Source of the DNA: Candidatus Bathyarchaeota archaeon | GTDB taxonomy: Archaea; Thermoproteota; Bathyarchaeia; 40CM-2-53-6 | Assembly (NCBI GenBank): GCA_963733055.1 | Contig: CAVTBR010000003.1 | Coordinates: 712,460-776,459, forward strand | Direction of reading: 5' to 3' | Length of the DNA stretch: 64,000 nt | In this document: positions 41,337-48,323 of the stretch, one piece after another | Layout of the letters: each line of letters opens with the position of its first letter | How positions within the stretch are numbered: position 1 is the stretch's first letter | Translations under genes and position numbers: made by a program | The notes under the pieces: model-generated | Told to the model about the DNA's origin: nothing | Databases searched by the model: none | What the model saw: the letters and a program-made list of their open reading frames with translations, nothing else

Positions 41337-42458
41337 TGCGTTCTGAATCAGCGTTAGCCACTTATTTTCGCCCTCAACTTTGATTCCTGCAACTTCCGCA
41401 GGTGTGCGACCTTTCAAACCCTCGTGCGGTCGAACAAAGTTGTGATAGATTTGCATACCCGTTAGAATTGGTGTATCAGGAATCTCAAGAGTACGCATGA
41501 CCTTCTCACGGTCCCTGAGTTCTCCGTTCATTCTTTCCATCTTATTGTTGTGGACTTGACCGTCAATGCGGATTTCTCGTATGTGTTCGGTTCCCGTTGG
41601 AGTCCAGAATTCTTTCTTGTACGCTTCATGGAAGTTTGGTGCACCGTCAGTTATCAGTGTCTTAGGTTGTTTACCTGCAATGTGTTTTCCGTGTTGAAAG
41701 AGTGAGCGAACATCAGCCGTGTACTTTGTATCGGCTACTTCTTGGGCTATCCAGAAGCGGGTTTGGTCATCCATGAGGGCATACAGGTATTTCATGTTCC
41801 CTTTCACTTTAAGAAATAGTTCATCCGCTCGCCATGTGTCAGATACGTTCGGTGTGATCTGGTTAGCGTAGTTCTGCATCAATGTCGTGTATTTCTTTAT
41901 CCACATGAAAACCGTCTTGTAACTCACCTGAACCCCAAGCAACCGTAGCGATCTAGCCGTATTCCTAAGCGATTCGCCTGAGAAGTACAACTGCATCGCG
42001 GTCGTTACTCCTTGCGGGCTGTGCTTCATCCGTTCAAATCCAACATTCACGCTGAAGGTGCGATCACAACTCACGCATAGAAAACGTTGAATGTCACCGT
42101 ACTTGTTGTGGCGTATGCCGAACCTTTTCAGAGCCTTATCGGAATGACAGTAAATGCAAGCAGTAATTTCGACAGGTCGAATGATTACGTTCTCCCGTAC
42201 CTTTTCTCGTAGCTGCTCGCGAATTTGACAGGCGATGATATGTTTGCAGCGAACAATATGTCGTTGCTCTAATGCGCGGTAGTGGAAATCTAGGCAGTTA
42301 CATAGCCACGAACCGCTTTCTCTATGGACTACATCATACATTCCATCCCCACGCTGAGAAGCGACTTTGTAGTGACTTTCATCCATCTGCTGGATTTGGC
42401 TTGGATTCTCAGCGATAAGTCGCCCCTTTTCTTCACGGGAGAGAACCGCTTTCTGCAT
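41316..42458 (-). CDS. IS6-family DDE transposase with SWIM finger and Zn ribbon (unit 2)
   Basis: Same architecture and motifs as 38648-39802, clearly diverged in sequence. Confidence 0.92.
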   Translation of the reverse strand: MQKAVLSREEKGRLIAENPSQIQQMDESHYKVASQRGDGMYDVVHRESGSWLCNCLDFHYRALEQRHIVRCKHIIACQIREQLREKVRENVIIRPVEITACIYCHSDKALKRFGIRHNKYGDIQRFLCVSCDRTFSVNVGFERMKHSPQGVTTAMQLYFSGESLRNTARSLRLLGVQVSYKTVFMWIKKYTTLMQNYANQITPNVSDTWRADELFLKVKGNMKYLYALMDDQTRFWIAQEVADTKYTADVRSLFQHGKHIAGKQPKTLITDGAPNFHEAYKKEFWTPTGTEHIREIRIDGQVHNNKMERMNGELRDREKVMRTLEIPDTPILTGMQIYHNFVRPHEGLKGRTPAEVAGIKVEGENKWLTLIQNASKSKRE

Positions 42459-42472
42459 GTCTTTCTACCTAA

Positions 42473-42523
42473 TGCAATATTGCTGCATAAGTAATATATA
42501 ACACTTACTGCAATACTGCTGCA
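42473..42523. promoter_or_regulatory. Divergent promoter with paired TGCA-N7-TGCA operator-like sites
   Basis: TGCAATATTGCTGCA (42473-42487) and TGCAATACTGCTGCA (42509-42523), 36 bp apart, around TAATATATAA. Confidence 0.7.
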
Positions 42524-42534
42524 CGGGTGATAGA

Positions 42535-42726
42535 ATGGTCCGAAAACAGATACTAGGCGATTGGGAACGCAATATCCTAGAATCATATCTGAAAGGCGAG
42601 AAACTAAAAGGCTATACAGCGTTGTTATCTAGAATACGAAGCATGGGATTAAAGGCAATCATTGAAGGGTGCGAGCACGATTTGGTGATACTGAAACGCC
42701 TCGCCAAATCTGAGGCGACAATGTGA
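42535..42726 (+). CDS. Conserved 63-aa transposon accessory protein
   Basis: Paralog of 39875-40057 (shared AIIEGCEHDL, KGYT, RIR). Confidence 0.85.
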   Translation: MVRKQILGDWERNILESYLKGEKLKGYTALLSRIRSMGLKAIIEGCEHDLVILKRLAKSEATM

Positions 42727-43397
42727 GTAAATACATGCTTGGAGTAAGCCGGTTAAGGCTCGCCATTTGCGCGATCGTCATTTTATGTATCGGTGCAAGT
42801 CTATTTATTGAAGGCGGAATGTACCCGAAGGCAACTCTCTATTCGCTTAACTATAGCTACCTAAGCTATGCCTTTCTCGCTCTTGCGTTTGTTTTCATAT
42901 CTCCAACTATCTTGAACGCAGCTAAAGCGTGGAGAGCGATAGTCAACGATCTTGCAACTAAGAGAAAACTGGGCAAAGATGATTGGAATATCGAGGAGAC
43001 GCGTGGAATCTTTGCTCTGGGCATCATAGGGACCATCATAGTGGTGAGAACGGACAAAAACGTAATCGCCATGGATTCTACTGGGTACTTGTTGTTTGCC
43101 ATGAATGTCATGTTGGCCTGTTGGGTAGCCTATTCAATTTGCATGGCAATTGCACTACCTAACGAGTGGATTAGTCAACGAGTAAGAATTTGGAGTTTCC
43201 TAAGTGCTCAACTGTTATTTGTTTTCGGTGTCGTAATAACTGTCGCCGTTGGTTTGACGGGTTTTGTGACATATGTTTTAAGTGATTTCAAGGCAACTCC
43301 TCTTTATCCTTGGATAATCGGAATAACCGTTTGCCTTTCAAGTTTCGGAGTTGCCTTGCTTTTCTTCGAACCGAGAGAAGAATTTCAGACCGCGTAA
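42723..43397 (+). CDS. Cargo: multi-pass (about 6 TM) membrane protein
   Basis: Highly hydrophobic 224-aa ORF, translationally coupled (GTGA) to the accessory ORF. Confidence 0.7.
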   Translation: MSKYMLGVSRLRLAICAIVILCIGASLFIEGGMYPKATLYSLNYSYLSYAFLALAFVFISPTILNAAKAWRAIVNDLATKRKLGKDDWNIEETRGIFALGIIGTIIVVRTDKNVIAMDSTGYLLFAMNVMLACWVAYSICMAIALPNEWISQRVRIWSFLSAQLLFVFGVVITVAVGLTGFVTYVLSDFKATPLYPWIIGITVCLSSFGVALLFFEPREEFQTA

Positions 43398-43517
43398 TGT
43401 TAAGCCGCTTGAGCACGAGAGAATCCCGATGACGACTAAAGGTTGCAGATTATGGTTCACTATGATGTAGACTGTGCCAATCACAAGTAGGAAAAGCGAA
43501 CAAAAGAACGCTCCCAA
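43338..43517 (-). CDS. Possible small hydrophobic cargo ORF (59 aa)
   Basis: TTG-GAFFCSLFLLVIGTVYIIV...LVVIGILSCSS; overlaps the 3' end of the opposite gene by 60 bp. Confidence 0.25.
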   Translation of the reverse strand: MGAFFCSLFLLVIGTVYIIVNHNLQPLVVIGILSCSSGLTLRGLKFFSRFEEKQGNSET

Positions 43518-43657
43518 ATAGAAATCTCGTAACTCCTTCTTGTTCGTTCACTTTTACGCTTCTATTCCTCCTTAGTCTAGACCGATAGAATCCTTCCATC
43601 AACCGGACGGTAACAGTTGGATTCTATCCAGTTTTCAACCGTAGAGGTAACGTTACC

Positions 43658-43665
43658 TTACGTAA
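43658..43665. repeat. 8-bp target-site duplication TTACGTAA, copy 3 (centre of 24-bp perfect palindrome 43650-43673)
   Basis: ACGTTACC-TTACGTAA-GGTAACGT junction between units 2 and 3. Confidence 0.9.
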
Positions 43666-43725
43666 GGTAACGTGAAGTTCACGGTTGATAGGATATGCTG
43701 TGAAAAATCGGTTGATACTCTCTCA

Positions 43726-44199
43726 CTAACCGTGAATACGATGTTTCAGCCAAAATTGAATTGCCACGGTTAATCCAGCGGCTATGAATAATCCTATGAT
43801 GGCTCCAATCTGCCCATCAAGAAGATAGCCACCCACAGGGAATATAATTCCGAGAATGCTGAATGTCGCAGTTCTCCAAGACGAGATTTGTGTCTGACCT
43901 ACGTAAACCGACTTACCAGTAAGGAATGTGTAACCCACCAAGATAATGCAATAGCCAGAAAAGAAAACCACCCAAGACACTACTTCGTAGGACGCACCAC
44001 CAATGAAATGAATACTGGCGGAAACGATTCCCGAAATCAGGAGCGCTGCAAGGTAGATTGGTGAAGTCTTGAACTTAGACTTTGGCGCTATCTTACCCGC
44101 ACGATCGTGTTTAGAGGAAAGCGGGGCTTGGCAGACAGTGCAGTAGCTGTATTGATCGCTGACTTTTGACCCGCATTTTCCGCATTTAACGGTGCGCAA
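43726..44199 (-). CDS. Cargo: zinc-ribbon plus 4-TM membrane protein
   Basis: CGKCG...YCTVC N-terminus followed by four hydrophobic segments. Confidence 0.75.
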   Translation of the reverse strand: MRTVKCGKCGSKVSDQYSYCTVCQAPLSSKHDRAGKIAPKSKFKTSPIYLAALLISGIVSASIHFIGGASYEVVSWVVFFSGYCIILVGYTFLTGKSVYVGQTQISSWRTATFSILGIIFPVGGYLLDGQIGAIIGLFIAAGLTVAIQFWLKHRIHG

Positions 44200-44269
44200 C
44201 GATTTGACTTCGAACTAGTGCTTTGAGCTGCGTTCTGAATTAAGGTTGATTCCTTCCTGACATAGTAGG

Positions 44270-44674
44270 CTAGAATGGATGCTTTGGCCTGTCCTTGATC
44301 GCGTAATATGGCTTTTGAAAGTGTAGAAGGATTGCGACCGCCACAACTAATACGACTAGAATGAGAATCGCTAGATAGTCGAAATGGGTAAGCGTTGCTG
44401 TTGCGTTCGACGAAACGGTGATGGTACGAACTACCGTATATTGACTCTCAGCGGTGATGCATCCTTCATCAAAACCACATGGAACAGTTGCCACCGTCTC
44501 AGGTACAACGTAAGTAAAACTAACAGCTGTGCCTAGAGTTGTTGTCTGTGAAGTCATCGACTGAAGAGAGGATTGAAGAAGCAATTCAAAATGACCGAAT
44601 ACAAGCAAAACAGCAACTACGGCTAGAAGAAAGAGATAGCGACGCAGATGCGACTTCGGCGGCGGTCTCATCAA
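44270..44674 (-). CDS. Cargo: two-TM protein with Thr/Ser-rich extracellular linker
   Basis: N- and C-terminal TMs; start overlaps the stop of the transposase fragment. Confidence 0.65.
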   Translation of the reverse strand: MMRPPPKSHLRRYLFLLAVVAVLLVFGHFELLLQSSLQSMTSQTTTLGTAVSFTYVVPETVATVPCGFDEGCITAESQYTVVRTITVSSNATATLTHFDYLAILILVVLVVAVAILLHFQKPYYAIKDRPKHPF

Positions 44675-44990
44675 ATCCTAGAACCAGTAGCATTCTTAGA
44701 AGCGTTTTGTATTAGAGTTAACCACTTGTTTTCACCGTCAACTGTGATTCCTGCCGCTTCACTTGGAGTGTGACCGTTTAACGCTTCATGTGGACGAATG
44801 TAGTTGTGGAAGATTTGCATACCTGACAGAATCGCTGTATCGGGCTTTTCTAAGGTGCGCATGACCTTCTCTCTTTGGCGGAGCTCGCCGTTCATGCGCT
44901 CCATCTTGTTATTGTGTCGAACATCATCAAACGCAATATCTCCGATAGGTTCGCTTCGTGCTTCTAGCCGAGTTGCGTGGAATTCTTTCC
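44671..44990 (-). pseudogene. 3' fragment of IS6-like transposase
   Basis: KEFHATRLEARSEPIGDIAFDDVRHNNKMERMNGELRQRE...NKWLTLIQNA aligns to the C-termini of the two full copies; similarity lost beyond about 44990. Confidence 0.88.
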
Positions 44991-45240
44991 TTTTCCGGCA
45001 TGGTTCAAAACTGCGTTTCGAAGCTGGAGAAAATCCCGCTTAGATGGATTGGTCAAGAGCGATTCCACTTAGTAGAACGGAACGGCAGTTGGTGGAACAC
45101 TTCGGAGGGTGTTTTTCTCGGACGACCTGATACTTTGACGGAACGATTCAAGGACTTTGAAGGCTTCAATGCGAGGTTTTGGGTTTCAAAGTGAGGTTTT
45201 TGCGATTCAAGATGGCGGCGCCGCGGCGCGTGATGTTGCC

Positions 45241-45570
45241 ATGCCAGATCATACCACCAAGGAGTTCAATGATGAAGTCAAATTGGCTATTGATAATGCG
45301 ATCTACACGCTACTAGGGCAGCAGGTTCTCAGGGCTGTATACGATCACTTGAGAGAGCGTTACGATGTAACGGGAGATGAGCTCCCTTATCGGTTGGACA
45401 CCTTGTTCGAGACGCTTGAAGCCACTTTCGGGCTTAAGGGTGCATTAACCCTTGGCCGAGTGATCGCGAGGTGCGTTTATGCTCGAATGGGACTGAGATT
45501 CATCGAACTACCAAATTATACACTTCAGGATTATTTGGAGCGCGCCAAGCAGCAATTAGCCCTAACGTAG
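45241..45570 (+). CDS. Small helical protein, DUF3227/NitrOD5-like
   Basis: AID..I..LLG..V..A.Y.HL...Y....DELPYRLD.L...LE..FG pattern. Confidence 0.6.
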   Translation: MPDHTTKEFNDEVKLAIDNAIYTLLGQQVLRAVYDHLRERYDVTGDELPYRLDTLFETLEATFGLKGALTLGRVIARCVYARMGLRFIELPNYTLQDYLERAKQQLALT

Positions 45571-45990
45571 TACCCAACCTAGGTTCTCTGGAGGTGACTG
45601 AAGCGCCAACAGATTTTGTGTTGAATCCTTCGGCTGGTAACTAACATCTTCATTTGGTGGTTGCGGCTGCATGAGGTCTTCGGCGAGTATGCGCTTCAAC
45701 TCTTCGACGTGCTCTGTGAAAGTGCGCTCGATCTTAAGGTCTAATGGAACATTCGCTTTAGCGTACAGTTTCTTGACTATCACCCTTCCCAAGGTCTCCC
45801 CTCCAACTCCGAAAGCGCCCTTAAGGGACGCAAACAGGGTGTCCAAGCGGTAGGGCATCTCATCACGAGTGATTCCAAGAAACGCCTGATAATGGTACCA
45901 AAATGCTGCCGTTACTCTGTTTCCCAAGACTTCGGAAATAGCTTCGTCTACAGAATCAATGAGAAGATCATTGAAGTCAGTAAGATGCAT
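45562..45990 (-). CDS. Small helical protein, DUF3227/NitrOD5-like (paralog of neighbour)
   Basis: Shares FND, DE.PYRLDTLF..L...FG..G.TLGRVI...YA with 45241-45570. Confidence 0.65.
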   Translation of the reverse strand: MHLTDFNDLLIDSVDEAISEVLGNRVTAAFWYHYQAFLGITRDEMPYRLDTLFASLKGAFGVGGETLGRVIVKKLYAKANVPLDLKIERTFTEHVEELKRILAEDLMQPQPPNEDVSYQPKDSTQNLLALQSPPENLGWVLR

Positions 45991-46071
45991 TCTTGGCAAG
46001 GAGAAAAGGCAAATAAGATTACTCAAAATCTTGCAGTTAAGACTTGCGTAAACTCAAGCTTCTCTTCTCGG

Positions 46072-46446
46072 TTATTCGCCGAGGTACGTCGATCCCAGCA
46101 TTCGAATGAGGTCTGAAACTGCGCTAACGAACGGAGTCGTTACTTTCGGATCGTAACTCAAGATTACGATGAGTTTCTTGACCCTGAAGAATACGAGGAG
46201 GACCTTGTCGTACCTAATCGTCACCGACTCCAATGCACCGAGTATAACCTGTAGCTTCTCCGCAGCGTCGACGAGAATGGGCGGCATTATTTGAATGAAT
46301 CTGCGGTCATCCTCCTCGGCGGACACACTTTCTACTCCTTCTCGCATTTTCGAGAGGACGACGTGAAATTGGCTGTCTACAATTCCAACGTACCGAAGCT
46401 TGCCGTCCCGTCTAAATGCCTCATTCGCGAATTTCTCGACGTCCAA
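46072..46446 (-). CDS. Roadblock/profilin-fold small protein (DUF6659-like)
   Basis: LRYVGIVD......MREGV.S, LG.LE...IRY.KV....F. Confidence 0.6.
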   Translation of the reverse strand: MDVEKFANEAFRRDGKLRYVGIVDSQFHVVLSKMREGVESVSAEEDDRRFIQIMPPILVDAAEKLQVILGALESVTIRYDKVLLVFFRVKKLIVILSYDPKVTTPFVSAVSDLIRMLGSTYLGE

Positions 46447-46548
46447 GCCTCAAACCGCCTACCATTTGGCTGATGATCTGGGTATTGAAGGTTGGTTATG
46501 CGTCACTTGCAAGGGGTTTGCCATCGAAACGGCTGCTAAGACGGTTGG

Positions 46549-46731
46549 TTAGGCGACAATGCGCCCGCCACACCTGGCGCACACGGGAAGGGAGTTTTGT
46601 GTGGAGGGTTGGCGGAGGTTACCGTCACATGTGCATATCCCAAGCGGACCCCTTCCTTCCTTGGACGAAGCCAAGCCCCCCCTCTTTTCGGCTGGCAGCC
46701 GAGGAGGAATGCTAAACCTTTTTGCTTCCAT
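46549..46731 (-). CDS. Small zinc-ribbon protein (60 aa)
   Basis: SD GAGGAGG before ATG at 46731; CTC...CARCGG. Confidence 0.4.
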   Translation of the reverse strand: MEAKRFSIPPRLPAEKRGGLASSKEGRGPLGICTCDGNLRQPSTQNSLPVCARCGGRIVA

Positions 46732-46891
46732 GCCTCCTCGGCAACTCCAGTGTGACAAAAAGATATGTGGAAATACTCGAAAAACGGATTCAAATAAGCG
46801 GTTAACGTCCAATTTTGCTCAGGTTAAGCAGAAACAACATAAATTAAAGCAATTGTAGCCAAAAAATAAAATGTTATTCATGTATTACTCT

Positions 46892-47614
46892 TCACCCGCT
46901 TGCCTGGTTCATCCGTAACATTATTCCTTGGTCCAGTATCTGAAACGGCATCCATACCTCCGGGTGACTGCCGAGACGATACTTGGTTATCCTGAGCATC
47001 CGTTCCAAACGTTCCCCCGCTTCAATTTTCATCTCCACAATGAGGTCGAAGAGTGAGTATAGTTGAGCAAGTGTTGAAGGGGAATGAATACCCGAGGTTA
47101 AGGATACGACCGCGGACCCATGTTGCCTAACCTTAGCTAAAACGGAGGGAACGAGTCTAAGCGCCGTCTCTTCCCCGATCGTGCTAATCAAAGTTGACAG
47201 CGAATCAAAAATGACAATACTCCACCCGCTACCAAGCTCCTCGTAGAATTTCCGAATAGCAATCTGGACATCTGTAACGTTTAATGGGCAAAGCCTGCTT
47301 CCAAACTGCGTGTCGGTATACTCTTGGTTCCCGTCTTCCAACCAAGAGTACATATCCACCAATCTCAAGTTTGTTCGAATGTATTCCTGAACATCCCACC
47401 CATGCCCCAACATACGTTCCACTATTTGAGCGGACGAACGCTCGGTTGACATGTAGATCACTTTGCGTCCGGCCTTGAGGAGCTCGTACGCATACTGTTT
47501 GCACAACACCGACCTTCCGCTCCCAGGCGGTCCCAAGTAAAGGCCCACAATATGCGGATCGGCCTCTCGGATGCTTAGTAGTTCTCGCATCTCACTAGTC
47601 AAAGGAGGGTTCAT
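46892..47614 (-). CDS. KaiC/RAD55-like ATPase
   Basis: GPPGSGRS Walker A variant, STE, VDMYS, IFDSLS, LRITKYR..H. Confidence 0.85.
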   Translation of the reverse strand: MNPPLTSEMRELLSIREADPHIVGLYLGPPGSGRSVLCKQYAYELLKAGRKVIYMSTERSSAQIVERMLGHGWDVQEYIRTNLRLVDMYSWLEDGNQEYTDTQFGSRLCPLNVTDVQIAIRKFYEELGSGWSIVIFDSLSTLISTIGEETALRLVPSVLAKVRQHGSAVVSLTSGIHSPSTLAQLYSLFDLIVEMKIEAGERLERMLRITKYRLGSHPEVWMPFQILDQGIMLRMNQASG

Positions 47615-47798
47615 AGTGCAATCTTCTCGAAAGGATTCCGATACACCTTCAAATTCGTTCTATAACCAACCGCCGTTCGCGAATAAAAATAAACCACAAA
47701 ATGACGCTCAATCACAAACACACAACCCTCACTGCAATGGCCGGGCGCAATCCGAGCGTTGCTCTCAAATAGCAGACGAGTTTCATCCGACTCCGCTC

Positions 47799-48311
47799 AT
47801 GACCAAGGATCTTCTCGGCGAGGTATTCGATCTCATTTATTCGAAGAACAGAACGGAAGAAGCAATTCTGAAGCTCAACTCTGTAATCAAGTCCTCCCCG
47901 GAAAACAGTCGAGCCATCGCACTCAAGGCATACGCACTCAACAAATTGGCCAATCTCCACAAGGAGTGGCAATATTCGAAATTGGCTTTGGAATTTGCCG
48001 AACGGGCATTGTCATTAAACCCCAACGACGACATCGCATTCACAAGTCAAGGCTGGGCTCTGATCGACTTGGGCAGGGCGAACGAGGCGATACCCGCGCT
48101 GAATCAGGCTACGAGGATTAATCCGAACAATGAATTTGCGTGGTACAACCTGGCTTGGGCCCAATACCTCACCGGGAACGCGCTTGCCTCAACGGAATCC
48201 ATCCGCAGAGCTCTCGCTCTCAGTCCTAACAATCCGATCCTAAGACGGGGCAAGGAGATGATGCAGAAAGGCGAGGTGCCGAAGCATTTGAGGAAACGTT
48301 CTCAGCAGTAA
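47799..48311 (+). CDS. Tetratricopeptide repeat protein
   Basis: Repeated A...L.P.N..A...G/L.A TPR pattern; likely ATG at 47799. Confidence 0.85.
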   Translation: MTKDLLGEVFDLIYSKNRTEEAILKLNSVIKSSPENSRAIALKAYALNKLANLHKEWQYSKLALEFAERALSLNPNDDIAFTSQGWALIDLGRANEAIPALNQATRINPNNEFAWYNLAWAQYLTGNALASTESIRRALALSPNNPILRRGKEMMQKGEVPKHLRKRSQQ

Positions 48312-48323
48312 GCTCTAGGCCGA

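Larger units (their letters stand above)
40872..43657 (-). mobile_element. IS6-like cargo transposon, unit 2 (2786 bp, complete)
   Basis: Ends GGTAACGTTACCT..ACGGTTGA...CTGTTACCGT.CGGTTGAT (40872-40931) and inverted copy (43598-43657); flanked by TTACGTAA. Confidence 0.9.
43666..44990 (-). mobile_element. Degraded IS6-like units 3 (and probably 4); left end intact, right end lost
   Basis: GGTAACGTGAAGTTCACGGTTGAT...CGGTTGAT at 43666-43716; transposase relic TLIQNA at 44229-44246; 3' transposase fragment 44671-~44990. Confidence 0.8.

Noticed and set aside
38012-43673. Repeated palindrome as a CRISPR repeat, Xer/dif site or integron attC
   Set aside because: Spacing is about 2.8 kb, and no cas or tyrosine recombinase gene is present. 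The palindrome is fully explained by two GG-terminated inverted ends around a palindromic 8-bp duplication.
46452-46480. AAACCGCC...GGCTGATGA resembling the 3' half of a fluoride riboswitch
   Set aside because: The required 5' GGnGATGG..TnCnCC stem is absent and no fluoride-related gene follows.
46500-46745. GC-rich stretch as SRP or RNase P RNA
   Set aside because: It lacks the SRP helix-8 and RNase P GAGGAAAGUCC-type signatures. A small zinc-ribbon ORF with a good SD explains it better.
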